DNA of 64,000 nucleotides from positions 1,541,509 to 1,605,508 of the forward strand of contig MU054220.1 of the NCBI GenBank assembly GCA_013239625.1. The letters are read 5' to 3'. Below the pieces are notes generated by a model that saw only the letters and a list, made by a program, of their open reading frames with translations, had not been told where the DNA came from and did not search any database. This document shows, piece by piece, positions 1 to 13,460 of the stretch. Position 1 is the stretch's first letter; each line of letters starts with the position of its first letter. The stretch comes from Lama guanicoe (taxonomy: Eukaryota). The position numbers and the translations under genes were made by a program.

Positions 1-557
1 TCCTGACACTCTAATAAGGGATGGCTAACCTCTTTCCTCATTCAGCATTCATTGCAAGACGTCTGTGGGTGACTAAAACCATATCCCACAACTGAAACAT
101 GTTCGTTAGGCTGTAACATGTAACTAGGGATTCAGTTAAACCAAATGTAGTGGATGAATGCCATCCAAACCTTTACTTTTACTTCATTTTCTTAAAATTT
201 CTTGTTTAGTATTTCTATAACAGAGATGTAGGCATTTAACTTCTGTGGCATATCAAAGAAGCAGAGTTAAAAAAAAAGTGGGGCAGTCTCCCACCTTATA
301 AATCAAAACAGCTTATAAAATGCAGACCCTGGCCTTCTCAGGGCATTTTAAATATTGCCCATGGACCTGTCTTCGGCAGTCTCGGGGACTAGGGGAAATG
401 CTTGATTCACCTCTGCCCTGTAACAATGTCAGCTACTTTTGTATTTGGGGGGAAATGCAAATACTTCTTCCTGACTCGTAAAACCAGCCCCAATCATAAC
501 TGTAACTTTAGGAATTGCAGCATAAAGTGATTCAGCATTTATATCTTGTTTGCACAG

Positions 558-731
558 GGAGAGAAGCCAGGGTTTGGAGTATCATGCTCTCGGAAGAGAA
601 GCACAAACTCCAGCCAAGAGCCAGCTCCAGATATGAAGCCAAACTGGTCCAGGAACAGATACCCTGCCACAAAGAGAGGCCACACAGCCACAGTGGCATA
701 CCCATCCTTGCACATATACACCTACCCGTAG
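558..731 (+). CDS. AGBL2: AGBL2 (cytosolic carboxypeptidase 2) terminal coding exon; rest of gene lies upstream of the window
   Basis: Acceptor tttgcacag|GGA; translates GEKPGFGVSCSRKRSTNSSQEPAPDMKPNWSRNRYPATKRGHTATVAYPSLHIYTYP*, matching the recalled AGBL2 C-terminus (...AYPSLHIYTYP); syntenic with MTCH2. Confidence 0.85.
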   Translation, partial: GEKPGFGVSCSRKRSTNSSQEPAPDMKPNWSRNRYPATKRGHTATVAYPSLHIYTYP

Positions 732-919
732 GGAGCCTGGGCCACGCCACACGGGCACTTCCTCGCTGTGTTTTGGTTTAGACATGTTTTGTGAGGAGAG
801 GGGCTGTGTACTAGGGAACTGTGTTCGTTTGTGGTGTACTGTGTTGTGTGTTCATCGTGCACTGTCCTCACACCATGCACTTACACTGCACATGGGCTCT
901 CAAGATGTACACCTCATGA

Positions 920-925
920 ATTAAA
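920..925 (+). terminator. Candidate AGBL2 poly(A) signal ATTAAA
   Basis: ATTAAA about 190 nt after the stop codon. Confidence 0.4.
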
Positions 926-1640
926 ATTTCATTTTATGAAAAAATAGTTTACTGCAATGTATAAAAAGGCTTCCCTTATCAGAAATTGAAGAGTGTGCTC
1001 ATGAAACTATAACACAGATATACCTCAGTTTAACCAATAGGTAGTCTCTCAAAAATTATGTGCAAGTCAATTTTAAAAGACCAAACTCTGTTTTAAACAT
1101 ATTCTGGGAGTTTGCTGTCTTAAAAAGTCTTGTGTCAAAGCTTTCTAGCAATGAATGACCACTCAGGCTGGGGTATTTCAGGTTTGCTGAGGATGAGGTG
1201 TTTGCACATAGAGAAAACCACTCAAGTATTATTACCTGGATGGAATTCAATGTTGCATGTATTATGTTCAACATGGTTATGTAATTTTTTAAAACCCATT
1301 GATTAAAATTCTTTCTCTCCTGCAAATTGTCCCCTTTGGTTGGTTAACTGCGTAATCTTATGTGAATAGATATGTTAGATTTTATATCCCTCACAAGCAC
1401 CAAGCACCATCTGCCAGCTACAGCCTGTCACGTCCACATGCTAGAGTCATGTTGAAGGACGGTCACTGCAGTTCATGCCAGGCCTCCTATTTTGATTTTA
1501 CCTTCTTCCTTTCACATTGGATTGAAAGTTTCCTAGTGTGTTTTTGTTATCACTTTTAAACCCTTTCAGCCACCACCATTACCTGGCTGACTCGAGATTA
1601 GAACCACATGGCAACACATTTTAATCCCAGGGTCTGTATC

Positions 1641-1745
1641 TTTTTTTTTTAATAGACTTTATTTTGAGAACAGTTTTAGATTTACAGAGAAATTGAGGAG
1701 ATGGTACAGAGAGCTCCCACACACTGCCCACCTTCCCCCCAGTCC
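1641..1745 (-). mobile_element. Old L1 (L1MC/MD-like) 3'-end fragment
   Basis: T-run followed by aatagactttattttgagaacagttttagatttacagagaaattga, typical of an antisense L1 3' terminus. Confidence 0.6.
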
Positions 1746-4700
1746 CTCACACACACTGTGGGAATCCTTTTAAAGGGAGTATCTGCCCACACCCTTTACG
1801 TAGGAGTTTGCAAATGACCTATTCCACACTTTATCCCTAAAAACTATTAGCATTTTAAGTATCTAGAAAGCACCCAGCCAAAAGCCCACTTTTTATTCCT
1901 GAAAGACTATCTTTAAAGGACAAATCCCAAAACAAAACTGCTGAGGGCAAACCTTGTTTGAAAGTTGTTCAGAAATACTTGTTTTTGCTCCAGATAAGTT
2001 TGGAGGAAGTTTAGAAAAAGCACCCCAGTGTGATATTTTTGGAATCAAAAATCAGACTACATGATCAGATTATTTTTTAAGTGCTTTTTGAGAGCAAAAA
2101 GCTTCTTGAGAGATGCGGTTTGGCTCCTAAGATATCAGAGGGGCAAAGAGGAGAGAATGCTACGCGGTCCAGGCACAGCCTCCACACCCAGTAACTGCTG
2201 AAAGGCCGTGGCTTTGGAACCCAGTCAGCCCTGTAAAGGGTAGCTGTTTGTTTTCTTTAGAAAAGGTGGGCAAGTTTTCCTGCGTGGATTAGGAAAGGGT
2301 GCCCCACAGGGAATTTACATGCTGCAGCATCGAAGCCAGTGTGCCCATCATTCTCATTCTGCTTCGGTAGGAGGCTGAGAGAGGGGCCTCTGGCAAGAAA
2401 CTTTAAAATGGTAAACAAAGGTAATTAACTCTAACTGTGTGAACGTGACAAATCTCAGGCTGCACGAGAAACAACCCAAAGCATCTTCAGAGGGAACCGT
2501 GAGAATGAAATCAGAGAGAAATAGCATTTTAGTCAGATGAGAAGACAAGATCAACTGTACTTTGAACAGCTGTTGACAAAGGTTAAGAATATGGGGGAAA
2601 TAATGTACTTTATACTGTCTTATTTTTTAGAGAATTTCATGCTTTGTGAGTATAGTTTGTTTTCTTTATAAATTAAATGCATAGTCACTAACGAAAGTAA
2701 TTTTTTTAAGATTCAAAATAGATTTCAGGCGAACACGTTTTCCTTAGAAGCCTCGCTTTTTGGACCACGAAGTCGTAATGGAGGTTCCCATTAGTGTACC
2801 CCTTTCTGGTTTTGACAGGTGATAGAAGTCTAAACAGGCAAGGTGATCACCGTGGTAAGCACTGCTCTACTCTTCTGAAGTTTTTGGCGGAACATTAAAT
2901 ATAGAAACTCTGTATAGACATAGTTTCCTTGAAAATAGAAATTCTAGGTGTTTTTTTCCATGTGGCATTTAAAAAGTACAAGAATTTTGTAGATTCGCTG
3001 GTACCCAGCCACTCTGAAACTACCATTGATCACTGGCTTAGTCATATTGTCATCAAATTTGATCCCAGCTATTGGCAAAAATGCCGCACAAAAGGTTCTG
3101 CTTTGCAGAAATAGAACTGCTAACTTCTGGTTTTCCAGGCTGTTCTCAGGCTTGTTCTGATTTAATTACCTAGAATAGCAGAGCTGTTTCCAGAGCACAG
3201 AGACTTGGCACCTTCCGCACAGGGTGCCTTTGAAGCTGCTAAGCCTACTCTGGCCTTTGGAAACTACCAAGACAAGCCGTATGGCATGGCTAGGTTTAGT
3301 TCAGCTACACTCCACCAGTGACATTTCAGTCCATCTCTTAGTGGAATATTCCTGGGGAGAATGAGCTCATTTCTGTGAATGCTTGCTGAGATCCACCACC
3401 TTTATCCCCTTTTCCTCACCCTGATGCTGCCTGATAAACTTAAAAAGAAGCTTGGAATTTCTTTTGCCCTTTAGGTGGATTCCACCTTGACTCTGTGCAG
3501 CTGAGTCATGTGGTCTCTGCAAAACAAGCTTTCTTGTGAAACTGGGTTCAGAAAGGCATTATTTTACTTAGTATGCTTACAGACAAAGCTCTAGTGACGC
3601 TACCTGCCCAGAGTACTGCTTGCTTAACAAGGATCAAAGGAAAGGAGGATCCCTAAGAATACAGAGAGAAATAACGCTACGTGAAAATTCTGACTCCCCG
3701 CTGACACTCCTACCCTAAGACATGGGCTTGTCCCACAAATTCATCCATCAGAAAGAAAGCAGTCAGCAGTGGCTGACTTAGGCACTACAGAGGAAGCAGG
3801 GATGTGTGAGACTCCATTCCTGCCCCCGTGCTTAAAACCCAGCTGGAGAACAGACTAGTGAACCAAAACCAGCCTGTCAGTAGGACGTTCTGCGATAGCT
3901 TGAGAATATCGTACTGGGTTAGAGAGCCACAGGCTGAAATTTAAAATACCCGCGTTTGGATCCCACCCAGGCTTGGGGGTGAGGGGTGCAGCTGCTTAAC
4001 AGCTCTGGACCTTTGTTTCCTGACTTTAAAGTGAAGTGACTCTAAGGTCTCTTCATTTTCAGAAAATCACATTTGTTTGAACACTTCTCCCAGCTGTTGA
4101 TCACAGATTGCAAAAAGGTGCTTGAAACAGCTTCCCTGCTTGGCCTGGGCCAGCTCCGTCTTCTCTCAGTCTCTGGTCCTTGGGGAAACAAAGACACTTG
4201 GTTCCTGTAAATACAGCCCCTCACATCTTGCCCCGACCAAGTTTGGCACAAGCCATTTCTCCCCTTTGGCCCCGGAACTGGCTCGATCATTGGATTCAGT
4301 GACCAGAAATCACTTTGATAAACCCCTTCTCAGCAGAGCCCAAACTCCTGCCACTCCCCTTGGCTTCACTTCCTCCCCCATTCAGCCCAGACTCCAGGGT
4401 GCATTACGTCAACCACTTTCTTGCCAGCACCCCAGACTCCTCACCCTCTGTCCTTCTGCCACATCCACCTGGTAGCTCCCCAACTTTGGCTTCTTCCTGC
4501 CACCCCTACCATCTGTCTTCTCCACTCCTACAGCCAGGCTGCCAAAATGGCTGCAGGAAAACGTCACCGAGTGAACCGGGGCCACCACTCCCGTATCTCC
4601 TCCAGCCTCAGAAATGTATCCTCTGCTTCTGAAACTGACTTCTCTGACCCTTTCTCTTCAGTGGCTATTTCACACCTCCTCCCTTTCCTCACATCCCCTG

Positions 4701-4759
4701 CTCCCTCCCTGCTACCTTCGTGTTACCTCCTAGCAAACAGTCTTGCTAGGACACAGTGG

Positions 4760-5900
4760 TTAAGAAGCTGGGCTCTGGTGGGGGTTGGGGTAGAGAGAAA
4801 ACTGCAGGTTAATTAGGAACTCTCTTTAGTAGGTTTATTTTTGTACTAGTATTGGCAAAATGATTCTGAAACTACTTTAGGTGTATTATATGATTGGGCA
4901 AGTAAATAAATGTGTTGATATTGTTAAGCGCCAGGGTTCTCACTCTGGAAGAAGAAATGTAGAAATATTTAGTGGAGGGAAACTAGAAGAAAAAACCTTG
5001 TGGAAATGGACTGGAATAGGAGATATTGGCATGAACCCATGATTTCTAAAATATGTAGGTATGTGTATTCATAGGTGTGTGTGTGTGTGTGTCTAAAACG
5101 CGTGTGTGTGTGTGTGTGTGTGTATTCAGCTCTGTCTAAGAGGGCCTAAAATCAAACACACCCCATTAACAGGAAGCATATTTTGCACTGAGACCTTGTT
5201 CTCTCATACTGTTCCCCACTAAAAGGAATCAGGGTTCATTAGAGAAATGGCTGCTTTCAGGGCTGGCGCATTGCAGATATGAGATGAGGAGCCTGGAACA
5301 TTTTGTTATGCCAAAAAGTAAGAAAGTACTTAAAAAAAATTAGGAGGCATGTCACAGGACAAAAGAGCCAGCTTGAAGGGGCTGCCCCCAGCTGAGTCTG
5401 GGATATTAGTTACCAAAATGATTAAGGACATGAATAAATTATAACCCATTGAAAAAATTAGGAATCAACGAGTTCATATTAATGAGAAAGGAAAAGAGAG
5501 AGGAGAGAAAGAAAGTAGAATGAATGCTGAGAGTCAGACCGTGAGTGTCGAGGGAGTACTGGAGTCGGGGTTGTCATTTTGCAACCACCATTGTAAAATG
5601 ACATCAGGCAAGAACCGTCATTGGAGGCTAAATTTAAGAGGAAATGTGAGGAGCAGGATATTTGCATGGTTTCAAAGTGTGTCCACTCAGATTGCTTGCT
5701 AGTTGTAAAGAAAAAAATAATAACTGTTTAAGGAAGAAATTGGACATCTTGACTGAGGGACCACGGAGAGACGGATGGACATCATGTGATTCTTACATGA
5801 CACCTGAGGACACATGTGCAGTATTCTGGCCAGAAATGCATACCCTGAATCTAATGATGAAATGTGAGACAAAGCCAAAATAAAGGACATTCTACACAAA
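4760..5900 (+). mobile_element. Old L1 3'UTR (L1MC/MD-like) remnant
   Basis: Recalled L1MC-type motifs such as gccagggttctcact, ttagagaaatggctg...cagggctgg, taccctgaatctaatgatga. Confidence 0.5.
5074..5123. repeat. Compound (GT)n microsatellite
   Basis: Two GT runs separated by ctaaaacgc. Confidence 0.9.
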
Positions 5901-5912
5901 AGGAAAATCGAG

Positions 5913-6130
5913 ACTCTGGTATCAAAATGCCTGGGTTCCAATGCTGGCTCTACTGGTTTTATGACCTGAGGCAAGTTACTGTCTCAAAGACTCAATTTCC
6001 TCATCTGTGAAGTGGGAACACTAGCAGGACCCACCTTTCAGAGTTCCTGGGGGACAGGATGAGAGAACGTACATAATGTGTTCTGACATAATGGTGCCTG
6101 ACACGCAGAAGTCACTTGGGAATGGTTAGT
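5913..6130 (+). mobile_element. MIR SINE remnant
   Basis: cctgggttccaatgctggctctact...ggcaagttact...tttcctcatctgtgaagtggg MIR core. Confidence 0.7.
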
Positions 6131-6577
6131 GGCCATCACTCTTGTCTACCCTGACTTCCCTTTCCTTTATTTTTAGAGAAAAAAGTGCCCAGCTTCAGGT
6201 TTAAGGCTAACCTTTTCACCTATGTTTCAGTTCCATCTCCCCACTTTTTCTCAAACTTGCTGCATTGTTTTATTCCCTCTTCTGTATTTCTCTCTACCGG
6301 CAACATTCCCGTAGCCCCAAAACACGCCAAGCCTTTCCCATCTGTAAAGAAAAGACAAAACCTTCAGTCATGTCCTTCTGAAGTTTCCATTCCTTGCCAT
6401 CTACACTTTCTGCCTTCTAAAAGTTCTCACCTTCCTTAATATTAACCCCCATTTATTGTAGACTCACAATATGTCAAGAGCTTTCTTTACCTTACACATG
6501 GAAGATAGATAGCATGCCTTTTTCACAGATGAGAAAAGGTGGTCTCCCAGAGGATTTGAACCTAGATCTGCCTCAGT

Positions 6578-6872
6578 CTAGAATTGTCCAGTTTGCAGCC
6601 ACAAACCACAGGTGGCCATGGAGCACTTGAAAGGGGGCTGGTTCAAACTGAAATGTGAATATGCATCAGATTTCAAAAACTTGGTACCAAAAAAAAAAAG
6701 ACTGTAAAATTTTCATTAATATTTTATATTGATTGCATGTTGAAATAATATTTTGGGTGAAGTATATTTTTAAAATTAATTTTACCTGTTTCTTTTTACT
6801 TTTTAATGTAGCTACTAAAAATATTGAAATTATGTATTGTGGCCAGACTTATATCTCAACTGGACACCCTGT
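6578..6872. mobile_element. MER33-like hAT-Charlie DNA transposon
   Basis: gagcacttgaaa...attttatattgattgcatgttgaaataata...aaaattaattttacctgtttctttttactttttaatgtagctact...tggaca. Confidence 0.7.
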
Positions 6873-7967
6873 TCTGGAACATTCATTGCACAATGCAATA
6901 TGGCGGCTTATCTTCTGAGACAACATTCAGCTTAGCTCCCTGAATGTGTCCCGGGGCTTCTTCCTCTACACACCCTACTTGTAAGCCTTAGCACCTATAA
7001 CCCATGATGACACTGGGTCAGGCCTCCTACACCCCAGCCCACTAGGTCCAACTGCCTCCCCTCCATCTCCACTTAGTTTCCCTTGTACCTCAAAGGCAAC
7101 ACTTCCCAAATGGAATTACTCTGTTACCTTTTCCTTAAACCAGAGCCTCCCACTGTCTTCTCACTCTCAGTAAACAGTGCCACCATCATTCCCATGCTTG
7201 TAACCCTGTACCTGCAGAGTCAGGTACCACTGACTCTACCTCCTAAGTAAATCGATAAACTTCTCTCTACCCACTCAGTACAGGTTATCCTCATCCTCCT
7301 AAAGTATTAAATCTGGTCTCCCAGCTGACCCAGAGTGGCCAAGTCAAGCCCATTACAAGGCCAGTCCGATCACGCTGGTCCGCTTGCAGGTGCCCATCTC
7401 TGACATGGCCTGCTGGCTCCCTCAGCCTCCAACTCTGATTCGCTATGAATCTGGAAAATTAACTACCCCTCTCAGCTCACTCCACAACCCCCACTTCATT
7501 ACTTAGCAAACACCTGTCATCTTCCAAGACTCATCTCAAATAGCAGCCCACTCTGCAAAGCTGGTCTTGATGCAGTGTCCCAGGCAGAAGCCACCAGCCC
7601 TTCCTTTGCCTCCTAGAGACTTTGACCTCAGTTACCTAAACATTTCAGCGCACCAATCTATTTCCTCATCTGCCTTTCCTAACTAGAGTGATCTCAATCA
7701 CAGTCCGCAGGAGGAAAAACAATTCAAACAAAACACAGTTATTGCTTTATACAAACAAGAAATCCAGATGTAGGGCAACTCCAGGACTGGTTAATTTATT
7801 CAGCAGTTTAACGGCATCATCAAAGATCCAGGCCTTACCATCTTCCAGCTCTGCCACCTTCAGTGCCAGCTTTGTCCTCAAGTTAATGTGTGTGGCTGCA
7901 GCAGATCGAGGCAAACCACCAGGTCCAACGACACCCAGTGAAAGAACATCTGTTCCTGTGTGTCTTT

Positions 7968-8460
7968 CTTCTTTCTTTCTTGAAACTTTTTATTTTGGAA
8001 TAATTTTTGGTTTACAGGAAAGTTGCAACAATAGAGTTCCCATATACCCATCACTCTGTTTCAGTTTCCCCTACTGTTATCATCTTACCTTACATGGTAC
8101 ATTTGCTAACACAGCACTGGCACATTGCTATGAACTGAACTCCAGACTTCACTCAGGTTTCACCAGTTTTCCCTTTAATGTCCTTTTTCTGTTCCAGGAT
8201 CCAATCCAGAATATCACATTGCCTTTCACTGTCCTGTCTCCTCTGGTCTGTGACCGTTTCCCAGTCTTTCCTTGTTTTTCATGATTTTGACAGTTTTGAG
8301 GAGCACCAATTAGGTATTTTGTAGACTGGTCCTCAAATTGGGTTTGTCTGAAGTTCTTATGATTTGACTAGCGTTATGGGGTTGTGGAAAGAATGCCACA
8401 GAGGTGAAACGCCCTCTCATCACATTATATCAGGGGCACTTGCTGTCCACGTGACGTCAC
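7968..8460 (-). mobile_element. L1MC-like 3' fragment
   Basis: tttttattttggaataattttt...gtccttttttctgttccaggatccaatccag-type L1MC 3'UTR sequence. Confidence 0.65.
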
Positions 8461-9280
8461 TGGTGCTGGCCAGGAAAGCCTCCTAGAAGCCCTGGAGAGG
8501 ATTTCCCCTCATGCCTTTTATTATTGTAAAACAATACAGATTAATTATAGAAAATCAGAGGGTCAGTTAGGCAAAAATAAGGAAATAAAAACACAATATT
8601 GCTATCACCCAGAGAGGACCATAGTTAACACCTTTTCTTTTTTTAATTGAAATACAATTGACTTTCAAATTAACACCTTAATTTTATCTTTCTAGATCTT
8701 TTTTCTTTTTTAAAAAGTGTATTTTTGTTAAATGAGATCATACTGTATACACTGCTTTATAACCTACTTTAATTAACAGTCCTCACCTTTCAGGTAAGTT
8801 TCTGTTTTTGAATTATGTAAATAGAGTAGCTATTCCAAACATAATATTAAATGGTAAAAAGAAGACATAATCCAATCTCCCAGCATAAAAAATCTCAAAT
8901 CTGCATATTGAAAGATCACACCTGGTCTCAGAAAAATTAATAACAATAAAAATAAAACTGCACTAAGACATGCCTTAGTAAAGTTATTGAAATTCAAGGT
9001 GTGAAATTAAGTCATCCAGGCAAATAGACTTAAAATATCAATATGCATATATTAAAGGAATATATTTTTCATGATCCTTTTTTGAAAAAATCTACTAGAA
9101 AATGAACTTTGGTCAACGAAGAGATGAATGGAAACAACCATACCAAAAGGATTCATAGAAAATATTAAAGGCATTTATTTTATTGTAGTCTTGGGACTTT
9201 TTTAAATGTGAAAGCTTTTCATTATAGAATGGAATAAAAATTTTATAAACTTATCAATGGGTTAACTACATTTAATATAC

Positions 9281-9740
9281 TTTTTTAATTGTAGTATAGT
9301 TGATTTACAATGTTGTATTAGTTTCAAGTATACAGTATAGTGATTCAGTTATACATAACAAATATTATTTTTCACTATAGGTTATTATAAGCAATTGAAT
9401 ATAGTTCCCTCTGCTGACCAGTATGACCTTGCTGTTTATCTATTTTTTTGTTTCTTTTGCTTTTTTGAGGTGGGGGGAGTAATTAGATGTATTTGTTTAT
9501 TTATTTAATGTAGGCACTGGAGCTTGAACCCAGGACCTCCTCCATGCTAAGCATGCACTCTACCACTGAGCTATACCCTTCCCTGCTATTTATCTATATT
9601 ATTTATAGTAGTTTGTATCTGCTAATCCCAAACTCCTAATTTATCCCTCCCCCCAAACTTTCCCCTTTGGTAACTGTAAGTTTGTTTTCTATGTCTGTGA
9701 GTCTGTTTCTGTTCTGTAAACAAGTTCACTTGTGATACTT
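9281..9740 (-). mobile_element. Artiodactyl L1 3' end carrying a nested SINE
   Basis: tttttaattgtagtatagttgatttacaatgttg...ctaatcccaaactcctaatttatccctccc...tctatgtctgtgagtctgtttctg. Confidence 0.8.
9444..9583 (-). mobile_element. Vic-1-like tRNA-derived SINE
   Basis: A/B boxes on the minus strand; TSD tgct(g/a)tttatctat at 9430-9443 and 9584-9597. Confidence 0.85.
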
Positions 9741-10167
9741 AATATATTTATAAAACTAGTTGAAAGAGAAGAAGGGGTAAATGTGAAAAGTAGGGTGATG
9801 ATGCTGATTTCATAAAAAGAAATGTAAAGTTGATAAATCAAGTAATAGAAGTATATAAATATATTTAAAGATATAAGTGTGAACACTATGGACACCATGT
9901 GTGAACACTTTGAAATACAAGAGTACAATTATGTGGAACCAGGCAGGCAGGAAGATGATGGAGTTGAGGAAGGAAAAGAAGTGAATATAAATTTACTTTT
10001 CAGCATTGCTATGAGTAGGAAATCAATAGATACCGTCTAATAAAGAATAAGGTATGGTATACAAAGTTGTGGTCATCAAAATAGCCACTATATCTACAAC
10101 AGAAACCTCTCAAATATACCAAAACACACCAAAAAGGAAATAGTTCATATGGTGAAAGTTTACTTTT

Positions 10168-10556
10168 TTTTTAAACATTTTTTATTGATTTATAATCATT
10201 TTACAATGTTGTGTCAAATTCCAGTGTTCAGCACAATTTTTCAGTCATTCATGGACATATACACACTCATTGTCACATTTTTTTCTCTGTGAGTTATCAT
10301 AACATTTTGTGTATATTTCCCTGTGCTATACAGTGTAATCTTGTTTATCTATTCTACAATTTTGAAATCCCAGTCTATCCCTTCCCACCCTCCACCCCAC
10401 TGGCAACCACAAGTCTGTATTCTCTGTCTATGAGTCTATTTCTGTCCTGTATTTATGCTTTGTTTTTGTTTGTTTGTTTTTGTTTTTTAGATTCCACATA
10501 TGAGTGATCTCATATGGTATTTTTCTTTCTCTTTCTGGCTTACTTCACTTAGAATG
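10168..10556 (-). mobile_element. Young 5'-truncated L1 with perfect TSD
   Basis: 17-bp direct repeat ggtgaaagtttactttt at 10151-10167 and 10557-10573; L1 3'UTR motif tagattccacatatgagtgat. Confidence 0.85.
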
Positions 10557-10619
10557 GGTGAAAGTTTACTTTTGAGCTATCAACAAAAATCTACTTTTAA
10601 AGTTGTAAACACTTCTTTA

Positions 10620-11570
10620 AAATGTTGTAAAAAAAAACCTGTACAGTAAAATAACAAAACTATGAGCAAAAGTATTTGTCATATCAAGAAATGTAAATCA
10701 GCTAAATACATCTATTAAAAGAAAATTTTCATCATGAATTTGATCTGAGGTTGGTCGATCCCAAGGATGCAGACCCGATGGATACTGCAGGACAACTGTA
10801 GATTTTCAGGTTGAATCAAAACAAAACCCACCAAGTATATGGCATATACAACAGACACACCTAAAACAAGGAAACTAAGAAAGATGGAAAGTGAAAGGGC
10901 AGAGGAGCACTATGCAAAAGCAAACAAAAGAAATAAGGGGCCACAGTCTAAGCTCCAGATAAGATAGAATTCAAGGCCAAAAGCATTTAACAAGACACAT
11001 TGTCTGAAAGTGCAGTACACAATGAAGCTCTAGTAGTTACAAATTCTCTATACCAAATAACATTGCATCAACATTTATAAAGAAAACTGGAAATGCAAGG
11101 AGAATTAGACAGATACACATTAATATGGGAGATTTTATTTCACCTTTCTTTGATCAAGCGGACAAAAATAAGTTAAAATACACACACAACAGTAAAATCT
11201 GGGCGGGGGGGAAGTCCTTTGCAAATAAATGCTAATGGAATACATTAAAATCACTCATATATTAAGCCATAAAGCAAACAAATAAATTTATAAATAAAAT
11301 CCCAAAAATCAGAAATAGAAAAGGCAACATTCTCTGAACAGAAAACAATAAAACTAGTAACCAATGTTATCTGGGAGGTAAAAAGAAAAAGTGCCACTGA
11401 GAAATCAAAAAAGTTCAAACAAATCTTTGGTCAAAGAAGAAATTGAAACCAAAATTGCTAACAATTGAAGAACATACTAGAATCTATGAGCTAAAACAGT
11501 GCTCAAAAGGAAAGTCATACTTCAGTGTTTACAGTCATGAACACAAAAGGGTAACAGCAAGACAAATACA
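10620..11570 (+). mobile_element. Old degenerate L1 ORF2 (endonuclease region), interrupted by a MER2/Tigger fragment at about 10740-10800
   Basis: A-rich; remnants such as DKIEFKAKSI and PNNIASTFIK resemble L1 endonuclease. Confidence 0.65.
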
Positions 11571-11574
11571 CATC

Positions 11575-12182
11575 TATGGCAGGCAGAATTCTAATGGTCT
11601 CCCTCCCCCACCAAGATTCCCATCTTCTGGTTATTTAATCAAACACTAATCTAGGTACTGCTACGAAAGGATTTTGCAGATGGAGTTACAGTTCCTAATC
11701 AGCTGACATTAAAATAGGGAGATTATTCTGGATTATCCAGGTAGAGGTGTAATCACATGAAATCGTATTGGCAGACGAGGAGACCAGAGACATCTGAAGC
11801 ATGAGAAAGACTTGACCCACCACTGCCAGCTGTGAAGATGGACGAAGGGGGCCCTGAGTCAGAGAATGTTAACAGCCTCCAGAAACTGAGAAAAAAACCT
11901 GGCCAACAGCCAATAAGGAAATGGGAGCCTCAGTCCTATAACCACTGGAACTGGGCTTGAATTCTGACAACAACCTGAACAAGCCCAGAAGTAAGTTCTC
12001 TAGAAGCTTCTAGATAAGAGCTCAGTGGGCCAACACCTTGATTTCAGCCTTATGGAACCCAGAGCTGGAAATCATCCAAGGCTACTGGACTTCTGACCTG
12101 CAGAACTGTGAGCTAATAAATTTGTATGGTTTTAATCCACCAAGTCTGTGGCAATTTATAGCAGCAATAGGAAACTAATATA
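11575..12182 (+). mobile_element. MaLR solo LTR (MLT1E-like)
   Basis: Starts tatggcaggcagaattcta, ends gcagcaataggaaactaatata; 5-bp flanks acatc/gcatc. Confidence 0.8.
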
Positions 12183-13361
12183 GCATCTAACTTAAGCTAG
12201 AAACAGAACAACTAAATAAAGGTAAGGAAAGCAGATGGAAGGAATTACCAAAGTTTGTAAGAGAAAATGATTAATTGGGGGACAAACAGAAAGGAGTCAA
12301 TACGTCTGAGAGCTGGTCGAACTGTAACGAATCCTACGTAACCTGGCCGGGAGTCCAAAGTGTTTCTTCAGTTTCATGAGCCTTTCCCAGGCCAGTGGCC
12401 AAGGATGGGCAAAGTGATAAAGGACAAAATGCATGTTCTTAAACAAGAAGAGGTTCACACAGAGAGTCCTAAGTAAGAGAACAGATGAGTATTTCAGTTG
12501 AGACGAAGGCAGTTTAAAAATACTCAGGAAGATAACAATAGAGAAAAAATAAGCTACCCCCAAAAAAGAAGGGAAAGAAAACATGAGGGCACACTGTGAG
12601 AGCTATAATCTGATCTATAGTTAGCTGAGGAACAGGAAGGAACTCGGAGGAAGACTGAGCAGTCTAGACCTGGGAAGGCAACTGACACTCACTCCCTAGT
12701 AATTTCCAGAGGTTTCCCTGGAATAATTATGCCAACAAATACTTATTGAGTACCTACTATGTGCCTGGCACTGTTCTAGGCACTGAGAACACAGCAGTGA
12801 ACACCAAAAAAGACAAAATACCTGCCTTCCTGGAGGTCGGTGGGTGGAGGGGTAGGGGGCAGAGGCAAATTTTAAAATTAATTATATAATTCTTTGGAAG
12901 GTGGTAAAGGCTACAGGAAAAATAAAATGAAGAGAGGGAATAGGGAATGCCAGGTAGCTTCTGAAATTTATCACAATGAGCCAGTGAAGGAGGGCTTATT
13001 CACTCCAGCTTCAGCACAAAGAGGTTGAATGTCTCCCCCAAGGTTGTCAACTAGCAAGTGGCAGAATCAGATTTGGAAAATGGGTTGGGGGGAAGGTACA
13101 GGACATTTGATCTTTCTCAGACTGCCTCCCAGCCCAGCAGTCTTTTAACCCGTAAATCCACTCATCTTTCTCTGGGCTTCATTATTACTGACCTCTTGGC
13201 AGCTTTTCTTTTCCAGACCTTTTTCCTGACTTCGGTGACACTGTGCTGTTCCAATTCTGTTTCCTTTCCTAATTATTTCTGTCCCTTTTGACTTTTCTTA
13301 TTCCTCTCACCACTTGAGCATGGGTCATCAAATACAACTCATGATCACCCATATTGAATGA

Positions 13362-13460
13362 TATCAGGGAACACCATTCATTTAAATCACAGTCCTTGTG
13401 AATGGCACCCTCTGGAGTTGTGCAGTGCACAGCTCAGGCTGCTATATGTAGCAGCCCTAT
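13362..13460. mobile_element. MER91-like hAT element
   Basis: gtgaatggcaccctctggagttgtgcagtgcacagc...gcagccct. Confidence 0.55.

Noticed and set aside
7688..8284. 198-aa ORF
   Set aside because: Spans LTR-like and antisense L1 3'UTR remnants, with a non-ATG start
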